A stretch of DNA of 64,000 bases, taken from the NCBI GenBank assembly GCA_051294905.1, contig CM119371.1, positions 25,112,001-25,176,000 of the forward strand, read 5' to 3'. How positions within the stretch are numbered: position 1 is the stretch's first letter; the number at the start of each line of letters is the position of its first letter. A program made the position numbers and the translations under genes. Under the pieces are notes generated by a model that saw only the letters and a list, made by a program, of their open reading frames with translations, did not search any database and was not told where the DNA came from. This stretch comes from Botryllus schlosseri (lineage: Eukaryota). Shown here in pieces: positions 36,201-51,200 of this stretch.

Positions 36201-39200
36201 TTAACGACAGCAATGTCACTTCAAAGCCATTTCTCGTCGACAATAACGAAGACAATGTGGATTTGAAAATAGCATTGTCATACAGGCGCCACCTTGTCTG
36301 CTTCTATCAGATCAATCAACACACGGTGCAATTCTTAATTAGGATTTCAATGCGTTCTATAAGCCGGTACCCCAAATTTACCAAGATTGATTACCAAGAT
36401 TTACCAAGATTCATTAAGCTTGAGTAGGTGACGAGATAGCGTCGTTGTTCACATGTATGGCCTAATAATCTCGATATTGAATGCATGCCCGCGTCCTCTA
36501 CGAAATTTGAAAAGTGGCCCGCGACCCGTTTTGAGCGTATAAGCGGTGTGATATAAAAGCCCATAGAAGTGTGCCGTGCTACAAGTCGGCGGTCACGGAA
36601 TCAAAGATAAGAAATATCAGCCTGGTGTAAATGGCCATTGTAGTCAACAAACACCATGATTTCCACAAATGACATTAGGGTTGAGTACATCGTAAATATC
36701 AATAATGCAAGTTGTTGTTTGTGATATTTGTCGACTACTATGGTCATTTACACCAGCAAGATATTCATTTTTTAATCCTTATCTAACGACTTGTAGCACG
36801 GCCCACTTCTATGCTTTTATTAAGACACCGCTTACGCGGATGAGATGGCGAGGAGGGGCCTAGTTAAAACCTCCAACACTCAAGTCGAAATTCTGGAGTT
36901 GACCTCAGTCGGACTCGAACCCACAGCCCATTGGTGTTGTAGCAGTGGATTATACCACTACGCTATTTCGCCACATATAATGCAAGTCTTCTCGCTTCGA
37001 CGAACCTACGCGTAAGCTCCGCTCGCGCACGCTGCGCATCCACGTATATAATAACATACAGTCACTAAAATTTGACGTACTAAGCAAGTAGTGGGGAATC
37101 TAGGCAGACTGGGGCCGCGTGTCACATTATCATGTAAGACAGAAAACTGTCCGCGGGCCGTATGTTGCCCGCCCCTGATCTATGGGCATAAATAGCCGAT
37201 TGAAACAACATGTTCCTATATTTATTTTACCAACTTCCGGGGGGGGGGGGGCAATAAATACGATATTTACTTTGACATTGATGAGTGGGTTCTTTAAATC
37301 TGAGACATGCAGGACCGCACGACAAAAATTTTTTTTCGGTGTATTGGAACACGAGTAACACATTCCATGCGCCAAAAAAATGTTAAAATGCATAATGTAC
37401 GGTAATCAGACACCACGAAAAGCGAGCTCACCAGCCTGTATTCATGTCAATGTGCGACTGTATATGTAATATCCTTACAGAATATCTTGACAAAATTTGC
37501 TTTCGCTGCTTAAAAAATTCCACGACCTACATCCCAATCTCAAAGTTGTGCGATGGAGCTTGGGATTGTCCAGATTTAACTGACGAATGCCTTTGCCAGT
37601 CGGCAAACCGCCCTGAAATCTGTGAGAGACTTATATGGGGTACGAATATGTTTGTTTCTAAGTCAGAAACATGCCCTACTACTTTACATGTGTATAAAAT
37701 CACAGAACGACAAGAGCCGTTCCTTCGGTGCAAGGAGCCAAGCATTTCGGATAGGATTGACGTGAATATGGAACAAGTCTGCAGCGTGAAGTAAGAAAAA
37801 AATGTCACATATTGCAGTATTATAAATGTTGACGACTGAAACCTAAGCTCTCTCTCATATATATCTTCCTATTGTCATCCCGGTATGTGGGCTACTAAAT
37901 GTGCATACCCGTATTGTTTTAAGCTGGTATAAATGATACCATTTAACATAGATTTGCTTATAAAGCCATTAAATGATTTGATCACTGAACTTACGGTTGT
38001 AAACTATCCTGTATTCAACTTTCTACTCATCTAACGGATAGGATTCGACGACGGACACATAATAGTTTTATCCAATATAGTATACTATTTTTTCGATTGC
38101 AGTGCGAACTGCAACTTCGGCGACAATGTAAAGCATTGTCAAGAAACCGGTGAGTAACCCATATTTCTATTTTATTTTTATTTGAATTCGCATAATGGAA
38201 CACGTATCTTTCATCGATCATTTTGCCCAGGTTTAACATATTTATTACGTTTTCATTCAGGGTATTCAGCACCTTATTGCGTGTTCCCCGGACAGCGTAA
38301 GTATCGTTCATATATTGTTATTCAATGATATCGTCGGCGTTTGTAAATTTGAAAAGGTACGCCGTGTTTTACTCCAAATAAAATAAATTCGAGTAAGCCA
38401 ATTTATTAACATCTTCATAGTATTGTTCTATGGATTAAAGGTTATGTTACTTTCATGTTAATCGGTATTGAGAGGTGCTTTCATAACCCCCAATATATAT
38501 TTTGCTCGACATCAAAAGAACGAAAAATTCTTCTGAAACGAATTAATAAAATGATATATTTACGCAATATTCTACCTTTTTAGCACTCGACCCTCTTAAG
38601 CGGTCATTAAGTGTTTTTCGTACCCCATATCCAGCACTTTGTCAAGCCACCCCAAAACACTGAACGTGGGCCCCAATAGGGTTTGTAACTCACCTTATTT
38701 GGATTTCGGGAACAGGAGACATTTATGTGAATGTGGGTGGATATTAGTATCGAAGGTTTCGCCGAGTTGTTGTGATTTTCGGGTCAAACTGTAAATCGAA
38801 AATGCCCCAATATTGCACAGGTCTTGACGTATAATGGGGTGGAATTTACGGCTGGTGCCGAAGTGTAATCATATAGTAATATAGCATCACATGACGTGTC
38901 CTTATCCGGAAAATATGAATTTGACTATTTCGAGCGTTAGACTTATTTTAGCGGACCATCCTTGAAATTACATGGACAAAAACATGAAATAAATTTTCCG
39001 ATTTTTAGAAGTAGTATTTGTATTTCTCTTTCAATTCCCAGTGACATACATTGAGTTCTAATTAAGGTAAGTTATTTTGTGTGGAGAAAATACAAGTTGA
39101 AGTATATAAGCGAATAGTAATAGTAAGCCACTATTTTCGGAAAAGAAAGCTACACTATATAGCATTTTCACCATTCGCCATATTTTTTTATGAACGTATG

Positions 39201-42200
39201 CTAATAGCGTTACCGCTAAGTGTTAAAACCGTATCCGATACAACATCTCGGTATTGCTTTTCGACCAAACTACATGCCTTATAATATGGGGGTGGGGCAC
39301 CAATTCATGATATTTTATAAAACGGTGTGTTCGAGTAGCAAAGGATTAGTATCGCATTTCCATATCAATACTATCATTTGGATACAATGATGCGTAGTCT
39401 ACTAATGCTTATACCATCGAAAATTGATACACCCTGGAATGCATCAATAGGAATCAAGCTCTCTACACCTTTCGCATACCTCAATTTGTATCTTTCCACA
39501 GTACATGCGAACGAATTACCACCGTTTTCACAACTGCTTAGTAACTTGAGTCGGTTTGTAGTAATTCACTTCTACGTCAACTTCAGGTAGTTTTAGGCAG
39601 CTTTTTAATGACTACTTCAACTCGTACTTGAGTAGATTTTTGCGTAGCGTTATGGACTACTTTGACCCCCTCTGGTAAATAGTCACCCGTGATTCCCATC
39701 CGAAAGGATATTGGCTTAGAATTTATACCTAAGTACTAACAAATAACCTCAGAAAAGATCATGTATAGTTAAAACCTAGAATGAATCTCTGAATGTCCCA
39801 TAAGACAGAAGTCGGCTTTTTCGTGTCGCGCGCAATGAGGTTTGAAGCATTTTCAATTTACATGGCAATGCTATTTCAAATATCTATATGGATGCATTGT
39901 TCGTAACAGCTCCGTTGATTTACCAACGCAGTTATGCAAACCTATTACATTAATACTGGGCTGAAAACAACTTGAATTATTCCTCATAAAACAACACAGT
40001 CTGCCGTATGGGACATATCCTTATTTCGGAAGTACCGCAGGGCCATCTCTCGACGGAAATGCAGCAATAAAGTTATACGCTAGATGTCCGTAAGTGCAAA
40101 GAGATTACAGTAGTGATTTGGTATTATATACAGATATCTTGTTGATTTGATGAATCACAACCGAAATTAGTATTGCGGAAGTACGTTGTGAAATTGACGT
40201 TGTGAATCTCACCGACAGCAATTGATGTACCGGACTTGGTGGCGTGTGACTACTTCATTGATTCAGTTTCCTTTTCTTCGTGCCTATCCGACGACATCCA
40301 TTGTAAAGCCCTCTTGCAGGACGCTGAAGTGTAAGTATAATTTATCAGTTAAACTTCTTTGAAATGTGTCTCGCAATGAGACTTATTTGACGCAGACACC
40401 TTGGTCAGGCGATTAAACTTCGAATCACAAGCGCATTATTCATTGCAACGCCACCGATTGAGCACTCTCTCGTCGTGCATCTGCGCCCTTGCTTCTGAGT
40501 TGTGGCGTATAGTAATTCCAGACGGCATGGTTTCGCGATAATACCAAACTCAATCACAATGCAAAATGCGAGTCTAATTTTGGCGGTTCCATGGCCATGA
40601 GCAAAAAAATGTTATATTTCCGTAATCTGTGCAGTGTTTTATCAGACTTGGCGCTTATATTATATTTGTTAATGTAATTGACTAGGCTACTCATTCTTTG
40701 TTGTGTTCTAGTTTTTTGATGTATGCTCGAGCCGATTGTTATTGGTTTGAATCGGTATTCGGCTGGACTATTGTTCAAGAGAATTCCGCTGTGTAGAACA
40801 AGTTTAAGAGTGTTTCACTCACCACGAATGGTTTGAAAAGAAACAAGAACAAGGAGCGGGAAAATAAACAGAGAAAACTGGGTTTGTAACTCTGCGTGCA
40901 AAAGTGAATTTGCTTTCTCAGATATAAATGGAAAACTGATGTGTCGTATACGTCGAAGAACAATTACCGTAACGAAACGTAGAAGCTTATAATAATGATA
41001 CCGAGACCGTTTCTTCAGTATAGTTATACAGATAGCGTGATCTTAGAAAATGTTACCAGCTAGGTGTCAAGCAGGAAATCCATATTTAGGGGCGTTGGTA
41101 AAATTGCCCACGACGTTACAGACTCATCGTTCAAAATCGCTTGGTATATCATTAAACCCAAGAAATATGCTAGAGAAGGTGTTATTTCAATTAAACTATA
41201 ACATACTGTGCGAATATTCGCTTTTTCCGTATCTTAGCAACAAGGACAATATCACCTGACAAATTTCGAAACTACAGTTATCTGATTCAACCGTGACCAG
41301 AAGAGTTACAGCAATGCCAGTTAATCTTTTATCGCATGTTCTGAAACACGTTGCCGCATATAGATTCACTTTGGCGGCCTAGTCTTGGACGAATCCTACC
41401 ACTCCACAGACAATACATAGTTATCTGGGTGCATTTTATTGGAGTGGACATATTTGCAACAGAGTAAATGCTGGCAGGGCAAACGCGGCAAGGGCACCAA
41501 CGTAAATCATCATCTTGACCAAGTTTATTTCTGTAACTATTGGCGCAGGGCTCCAGCCATGGAAGGAAAGGAGAAGGATGATTGATTTGCTAAGAAAGAC
41601 CCCGAACGCCTGACTTCTCCCCATATCACGGAGAGCTCAAAGTGATAATTGCCTTGCCTCTGTCACGAAGAAGTACCCATAATTTTAAACGTTCTCGCTT
41701 ACGCGTTGAAACATACAGCTCGGTTATGTAGTGAAAGGGTTGGTTAAAAGGTGCATATACCGAATGGGCAACGAATGCATTGCACGCTCCATTACGTGCG
41801 CCGCTCGAAGAAACGTATTGTCACAAAAATCTGCAACCACAAATTTACGAACGCTGTCCATCAATGCCTTGGAATGCATAACAATGTACTAAATCCCCGT
41901 ATACGACTGGTAAATAGGCTACAGTAGCCTAAATTTAATAGTAGCCCATAAATATATGGTAATTATGCTCTGCGGCCGGCGGCGTTTTTTTGCTGTTAAA
42001 ATGCGGCCCGTTCTACAAGGGAAGTTGAGAACCCCTGGCCTTCAATATTTGCTATATGTATTAGATTAGCCAATCACTTAATTAAATTGGTACAACAATG
42101 TAACTTATGACATATGTTTAAGTTTACAACGATTCAATAATAGCGTATATAGATTTATGCTGGATTGGTGCTTGGTAACTCCCAAATGGTACACCCAGCT

Positions 42201-45200
42201 CGAAAATTAGATAGCAACTGATGATTTTCTTATGTTCGTAAGAATGCGACAACCCGGGATAGACGCGCATGAATATTAGATCATTGCTAAACGGTCCTTA
42301 TATACGGGATATACGAACTTTCAATAGAATTTGTGGTCCAGTAAATGGTGAATATGAACAAATTGCAATTTACAATAGGTACCCAAAGCAACCGATCTTC
42401 AATTCCTCGCTGCGATTTAGGACTTGCGCTGTGGATTTTGACGCCGCAGAACATAACGAAACAGCTGAATCATGTTTTGTCAAGTAAGTGCTAGCTCTAT
42501 TTGGATGCTTAATATGGAGGGAACGTATCAACGGATCCGAAAACAGGTCATATAATCGAAAAGATTATATATTCACCCAAGTCTGATCGCTGGCGAATTT
42601 ACTAAAAAAAGGACATTTTTCCGTGGTGGCAAGAGCTCGTAAAACCGGTTCCCGCGTCTACGTTTCTTTGACTTGACCCTTTTATCACTTCATATGCAAA
42701 ATAAGCCGTCTTCTCGTGCATTTGTGACCGTGGTAATAAAATATATCTGATAATTTCAAATATTTCTACTATTTCCGCCCCCAGACATCACCTTGCTTCT
42801 CAAAATCGCCTTCTTGGTCGATATAGCCCACTTTGGGAACCACTGTTTTCAAGTCACGGTGAATTAATTCTAAAAATGAAAACTTTAAAAATCATGTAAC
42901 ATTGTTCCCTCAACTTGAAAATCATAGTACTGGACATAACTGAAAGTACGTACATTCCAATGTACCATAGTCAGTATGCTCTATCACCTTTATTATTCTG
43001 ATTACTCGAGACTTTTTGAAAAGTCTTGAGCCACTGCCATAAAATGTCTAATGTCCGAATCCATCGCAGTTACGAACAAAATTTATTACGCTGCATTTGA
43101 CCGACTCTTGCTACCAATTGTCCTCACCGTCGGATTAACATCTTTTCACTTAACTCGGAGTTTGGTAGCACGTCGTACACTAATAACTGAAATATTTGCA
43201 GTTACACCTGTACCGATGTGCCATATCAGGAATTGTCGATCATTAAGGATTGTAAAAATCATGTGAGTATTCAGTCGCACCGATGTCAATAATTCACGAT
43301 TCGTGGCGCTTGAACCTAAATAAGCCTTCTCGTCTCGTCATGTTTCACATAAAGATATGCGTACAGCTTTAATATTATTCCATGGTGAAAATTTCAAAAA
43401 AAGGGTCGCATGTGCCTATAAATCACGACTCTAATACATTATTATTGATCAGTAGGACGATTTTTTTTGACATGTCAAAAAAGTCAAAATTAGATCAAAA
43501 TTGTACCGTCAAGTAAAAAAATGTCAAAATTGTTCACAAAGTTAAAACGTATTGAAACCTGCATTTTGTTTGCGTCGTTGATTGTGCACTGTTGGCGAAC
43601 TTATCATTGACATTCTACAGCTCGTATAGCCTACTTTATAGGCCTACCGTCTTAGACGGCCCATTGTCCGCTCATTGTGAATCATAAACTTTCAAACGAA
43701 ACTAATAGGTTGACATGGTGGTATGCTCAACGTACCGCAATATCCTAACTGAAGCAAGATTGATTGGGCATTGCAAGGTTCTTATATCAAAAAGAGCATG
43801 AGGAAGAATTGTGATGTAGACACCATTGGCAGAATGAAGCAACACGGTTTGTTCCAGCAGTGTACGCACAACTTCAGTGTTGTCAGCCAACAACTGCTGC
43901 TGTTGAACGTACTTTTTCTGATGCGGCCGGAGCCGGATTGGTACTTTTTTACTAAGAATATGACAGCCTTGCCCTCTTCCACCCTCGAATCAATAGTTAA
44001 AGTGAAACGTTCATGAAAATGATCCACATGCTAAGTCCAAGTTGACCTGATTACTCCAGTTAAGGGTTGGGGTTGGCCTTGACATTTGAGTTTTTGATCT
44101 TCTGTTTGAATTGTTTCAATCAATATTCAATGTCATCTTACGATTAGATAATTATTATTGGAGTTTTTCGGACCGGATCACGATCAATTCTAGAATCCGG
44201 CATAGGAGTCGGACCAGAGCCGAGCCAGAGCTTTGAAAACAGGATCGGAGCAGAAACAAATAATTTTCGATCCACTTCGCACTAACTCACAACCCAAAAA
44301 AGGGTACAAGAAAACCGAAGCTGTCTTATATTTCAATCCCATCTCTCTTTCTCATCCTAGGGCTTTCGATCGCATATTTCCCCGGACCAATCTGTTAGAT
44401 AGTTACACACTGAACAGCATTTCTTATTTGCATCGGCCAACTTGGTTATTTGACGGTTTGAGTCAATGCATACATCCAATCGCTAACTGTGTTATTGGCG
44501 GAAAAGACGCTTGTAATATTTCCTAGGTGAAGCAATGTTAGAAATTACTACGTGCCCAAGTGCACAACTTGTTAGTCTCCTACGCTCCTTCGTACTCAGT
44601 TTGTTTGTTTGTTTTTGGGGTATTCATGGTGTTTGTCTACTACTATGGTCATTTACACGCAGGCCGATATTCTTATTTTCCGTAACTGTCGACTTATAGC
44701 ACGGCCCACCTCTAGGCTTTTGTAAGACACCGCTTACGCGGATGAGGTGGCTAGGAGGAGCCTATAGGTAAACTTCCAACACTTAGATATCGGAATTCGG
44801 AAATCGACCTCGGTCGGACTCGAACCCGCACCCATTGGTGTTGCAGCCGCGGATTATACCACTCAGTTTGTGGTTATTCTATTTACAAAAATGTTTTATT
44901 TGATGTATAGCGTGATATAATTCGTACATATTTCGTAGCCCGTTTATTACAATTCTGCGGGTCGTTCAATATTTCGCAGAAATGTCGCTTCAGTTTTCGT
45001 TCGTACCTTTAACTTACCGTTTACGATGTTGAGATTTTTCCAGAGCCGCGTCTCATTCTCTAATATGACATAACTCATCGGGGCAGCAAACCGAAAAATC
45101 ATGTTTTAATACTGTACTCGAATCATTACCAGGAACACTGAATTTGCATTCTCGAATCATTGTGTCCAGCCTTTGATTTTATCAACTTTTGTGATAAGTC

Positions 45201-48200
45201 AAATGACCTCCATATACATTTAGGATATCAATTGTACGGAGGGAGTTTGTAGAGCCAATTGCAACTGTACCTTTTTTAATTGCGATGGTGTTGTCGGCGG
45301 AAAGTACATTCACGGAGAAGCGGTAAGAAATAGCCTAATGTTATATTATAATTGATGAATGTGCATTTGTGCATCGACTCGGACCCCTAGCGATGTTATC
45401 ATAGTAAGCGTTATGTTTTGATATTGATAGTCATAGGTTGTCCGCTGAGAAGACCAGCCTGGCATAAAGGAGTCTAATTGATGACAGATATGTATATCGT
45501 TTGTACGTAGACCAAAAACGGCATACCGATAATAAGCTTTCAGATAATATAGAGTACTGGGTAACATTATAATCCCAATCCTTCAATCCCTAAAACTACA
45601 ATATCTATTCACCCTGAAATCTAAAGGTTTCTAATATTTACTGACCCGTGTGACACCTACAAAATTTTTGCGAAGTCATAGAAATAAAAACATACCACAA
45701 TACACATCTAATACATCGTCATAAATTTCTGGTGCACAAAATAGCCTACACATCAACAGAGGGTTAATAGAACAAAACCGTTATAATATGATATTTGCGT
45801 AAAACAAAAACGGTATAATGAATATTTATCGAAAATTAGAGTGACTTTTGCTATTCGTCATCAGATGTTATCAGTCCAGAAATACGAGGCGTCACCATGG
45901 AAAGTGCCATTGTATTGTTCGATCGAATCGCAACGGCGTGATATTAATTCCCTAATTCCTAACACGATCATGAAATTTGGGGTGAGATTTGTAATTTCAA
46001 AGGGACGGGGTTTCTGCAGCCCACAATAGCCAAGATCGGTATGTAATCATATATCATATGAATGAGTAAAATGTGTCTCTTTTACTCAGCGGAACCCTTG
46101 AAACTGGCTTGCTTAACCCTCAGTGTTCCGTGGAGCACGGTATGAGAAACACGGACTATCGTTATGGTCATTATGCTGCGTAGTTGCGATTGTTTAGAAC
46201 AATGCCGATTTTCAGACTTTGAAGGCTATTCCAGGGTGGTTCCATTGCCTTCATGAAACTTTAATGTATATTATCAGAATCAGCGCGACTGTAGCTTTCG
46301 AATATTATCAATGTTGAGCGCTCGGGTAGTCATCTATGGGATTAGCAATTACGTTGCCGTTTCATGCTATGAAGCGACAACAAATCTCCCACTATAGCAT
46401 CACTCGACCGTGAATCACGTGGTGCGCATCTATCCGTAGGTTAGTTATCTATAGTATACCGTTCTTATCGAGCTGGCCCGTTTCTGTTCATTTCTGCTAT
46501 TAGCTGTTGCTTTTACGGGCTCATAAATTAATTGGTATTTGACATTAATTATGCTCAAACCTGATGTCATGGACTGTGAAGAAACTGTTTCAAAATATGC
46601 AACGCACATCTACTAATTCTTTCACATCAACCGCGATTACTTCGCGAGTCTATGCATATCGTTATATCAGATATTAACCATGCTATAGGTGCTTGCTTCA
46701 ATTCACATAGAAATATCAATCACTTGGTTCCGACAGACTTGTCCTTGTTATTGACACAATCAGTCCTTCACAGAGACTGATACAACTCGACGGCGAGTTG
46801 GACTGGAGCAATCGCTGCGAGTATAACTGACTACGATTCATAACTGACTGCATATAGTCCGGGCACAATAAGTTTCCCTTTGTGTGAATTGTAGAATGGC
46901 GATCAAACAACCCAGACTATAGCATATCGTTAAAATATACGTTGGCAAATACTCTAAATGAGAAATTACATTAATTAGAGTCAGATTCAGAGCGTCGTGG
47001 AAGCCCTGTTTACGGTACGACCGCTTTCGGAAAGAATGGTTCGTGGTTGCACTTCTTCTCGCATCCGACGAGGTGACTCGAGCGTGACCAACCATAGATA
47101 CAGACCAAACCACCGTGACAAGACTAGTTGTCAAGACTGTTGAGTATTTGACTCCAGCACGAGAGCAGAAGCAACTATTTCTAATTTGATTTCACACCAC
47201 TACCATCATTGTTTAGATATGCGATGAACACAAGGATTGTGCATCTGGAATCGACGAATGCCAGCCGGGCTGCATACGCAGTGCATTTTCCGATGAGCAG
47301 TCATTGATTACAAACAAAGGTGTTCTCGTGCTGGTTTGGATATTTAGTAAGTCATTTTTAGGCGAATTCAAGGCATCGCCAGCGTACAGAATAATCAATG
47401 ATCATATTCAATTGCCAGTCGAAACAGTTCATAACACAACTCAGTACGCTGTAAATTAGTGGCTTATGCATAATTGGTCAGTTTGAACTGAATGGGGCTA
47501 AGCGAAAAGATTCTAAGATGCAAGCGTGAATCACGCCTATTTGAATTTAAGAACCGCAGAATAACTTACGTGTGCATGTACATTGTACATCTGTACAATT
47601 TCAGGTATTTTCGCAATAATCGGCTGCACCGTGGTCGTTGTGTCAACTTTGCATGACATCGTGGAGACTGCCGGGCGGGCTGACAACTCACCGCATTCAA
47701 ATATAAGCAAATTGCTTATACTAAGTCTGTCCATTTCGGACTTACTCGTTGCGGTAACAAATCTTAGATGTGTTCTGTAAGTAATATTTGAAATTTATTT
47801 TGTGTCATGATTATAGGTTTACACCATTTCGATATGCATCAAAGCCGTGGAGGTGGAGGGTCGATATTGCACTATTGATTTAGAATGGAGGACTAGCAGC
47901 ACTTGTTCAATTCTGGGTGCTTTGCTGATCATCGGGTCTGAACAATCCGTTCTGACGATGGCTTTGATAACAATATATCGGTTGCGTGGTGTCATGAGGT
48001 AACGTGAGTCTATACGATGTTGGAAAGTTGATTTTTCGAAGCTGTTTTATGATGATTCAATATGCAGTAGTTAACAACAAATTAAAATTTTGAGGATTGT
48101 ATGCTTGAGATATACAACCGAGCTTCTTTGTCTATTTCATCCTTCCATTGAAACTCTATTGAGATACATACATCAATAGCGTGGCATAAAGAGACATATA

Positions 48201-51200
48201 ATCGGTCAAATATATCTGTCGTTGCATATATGACGAATCGTGATATACGGAAAAAACTGAAGTCTACAATTCATCGTTTCAATATGTTGTTGTTTGTTGC
48301 TGAAAGCAGGACCATAGCTATACAAAATACGCTTTACAGAGTCCGTGAACGCCACAGTTAAGGAGATGGAGAGCACACCTTGATCAATAGTTTTTGCTTA
48401 GCAAAAGGGCGCAGCTACTAGCTGACTGTTTCGATTCAGAATTGAAAATTAGGCCTCGCATCGACGGAAGCGTGAACACATCATGAGGTTATACGCGTGT
48501 GCGTTTAATACGCCCCTTTTTAGTGATGAAAACAAGTTTTATGTACATATTTATGTTGGAGATGGGACTATGGGATGCCGTTTCAACATGCATGCATAGT
48601 CATATTATCCATATTTTGTGTGCTGTCATATGGACAATCATCTTGGCCCCAAGGCTTAGCAGATAGGAAAAAGTATTAGTCAGTTATAAAATAGTCCTCA
48701 GTCGCGAATCATTGTGCCCAGGAAATCTATCTATGTTTAGTATAGCAATAGCATATCAGTTGGATTCTGAGAATTTCCGACATAATATTTGTCATAACAT
48801 GGACGACAGGATCCCACGTTCGAGCTTCAGTCAATCATGAAGGAAGTTTGGCACTGGGCAAGTCTAGTTGGTCCGCATTACTGATCTTAACGTTTGCTGA
48901 TATTTACCATAGAGTTGCCATGATACATGGAGCAGACTGATTGCCATATATATTCGTCTTGCATTCATATTATCACGAACTATAGCATGATTAAAGTTAG
49001 AATATCAGAAAATTGATCGTATCGCGAAAGATCGGTATCCTACGCGCCCGCCGTTGAAATTACCGTTTTAGTCAGGGATGTAATGGCTCGAATCGCTAGT
49101 TTATGCTGACTCGACTTGATTCGAGTTATTTTCCTAAATTAGGGAAGTAGACTCGACTCGGCCTGAATGAATTCGTGTATTAAATCGACTTGTACTCGAG
49201 TCATTGCACATGACGTGTCTCAGTCACGTGACTCGAGACTGGAGCTGTCAAGATAGTCATTTCGTAGTACCTTCGAAGAATAATGAAGATAACACATTAT
49301 TCGTTATCCTCTATTACTACTGGTACTTGAGAAATAGGGTTAGAATCTGCCCAAGGCGGGGAAAGTAGCATATTAAAAGGGCAAAGCATTCTACGTAACC
49401 ATGTCCTAGTGTTGCTGTACGTCCGGAATTTCTCGGTCATGTCCAGAATGTCACTGTTCAGTGTTCAAACTACATCCAGCAGGAAATTCTAAAATATGTC
49501 AAAATGCCCGGCATTTTTAGGGTCTGAAATAGGATCAATTTTTTTAGTAAATCATTTAGTAAAATATTATTTTGAGGCAGATTTATGCCACTTGAACTTT
49601 TTATTCGCGGTGCGCGTGAATTAATGTCACATTCATTGATTTTAACATGTGAACCACCGCCCTCGCAAAAACATAAAATAAAAATTACTAACAATGACCT
49701 CATGATGACTTCAGGCCCCCAGTCAGTTTGACAACCACAGATACAGATGCTTTAGTCAAAGATAGTGACTCTAAATCTGAGGGTCATTTGTCTTCATTAT
49801 GGGGTTCGCGAATATGTTGAACGTAATCCGTTTCCAAAATAGGCCGTGAGTGAGTCTGACCAATAGTGCTGACCGTTTTTCAGTAATAATTAAGCTTATC
49901 AAGAGTTGAGCTTGGCCATAGACCACCTGATGTGCAATCTGCTGTTGTGAACAGGCATTTAGGCTCATAAATAGTCTCATCCGTGTGATATGACATGACT
50001 TTACCATCTATAACTAGGCTCCATGCATTTTCGAACTCATCACCTCCACCAGCCATGATCATGTGGGCAACTATGATCATGTGGGCATAGAGAGGATTTG
50101 AAAATGTTAGAGTGATACATGAAAAAACCAATATTATGGACAGATTTAATGCACAAAATTTGACTACCAAATGTATATAGAAACCACATGAATATAGTAG
50201 GCCCCCAGAAGTCGATTACCTTATGGTGAGTTCAGGATCAGTGTTTATTTGGACGGTGGATAGATGGGGAGAGGGGTGTAGGGGTGGTGGTGGAAATATT
50301 GTTTCGATCTTGGTCTCGGTTACAACACCCAACCACATAAATGCACCGACCTAACCGAACCACATGAATGCACCGATCTAACATTATGGCGGCTCCCAAT
50401 CCGGATCGTGACCGCCTCTGGTCGATAGCCAAGGTCTTGCTAATGTGACGCCATAATAACAGACAATGTGTCATACCCCATCTAATAATGCGCTATGGGG
50501 CGCTAAAAATTGCCCTTAATTTGCTACACAAAAATATGGTAACCGTACCCTATCCGAGTTGTGAAAACGGTGGTTAAACATGAAACTGAACAGTGAACAC
50601 ACTTACTCTAGTCTCAACACCATTTGACTCGGGCTTGACGCCCTGATCCCTGACTTGGACTTGGACTTAACTTGGTGGTGAAATGAAAATGAATTTACTT
50701 GACTTGAGTCAAAGTCATAACACGGAGATTGCTTTGTGACTCTACTAAACCTTGTTAATTGGTACAACCTTGCGTTTTAGCTCGTCATCGAATTTCATAT
50801 GTTATATCCCACGTGTCCTGGTCCTACCAAAAATACTTTAATTTATTCCAGACCATTTTCAAAGCCAAAGATGAAGCGAGCACTTATGGCAGTTGCAACT
50901 ACCTGGATGATATCCATACCGTTAGGATTGATACCGATAATTCCTGCCAACGAGGATTACTTTCTCAAACATATATCGTAAGTGAATTAGGCCTACACCG
51001 AAATTCTCAGCAGTGTGGAGGGTGCAAAATGCACGACGAATGCAACTCAGTAATTAACGAGGATGCTTTCCAGATACTTCATGGGTTGACCAGTTCACAC
51101 ACCTCATATCAATCTCATGAAAGCTGTAGAGACCGAAATATTGGTATATAGGATTTGTAATCAAGCAATCGAATGGAGTAACACATACTTCTTACACCTA

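Noticed and set aside
46711..46830. Extra GPCR exon
   Set aside because: Has an acceptor-like AG but no good donor before a stop, and exons 45224-45322 and 47217-47346 already join into a complete LDLa module.
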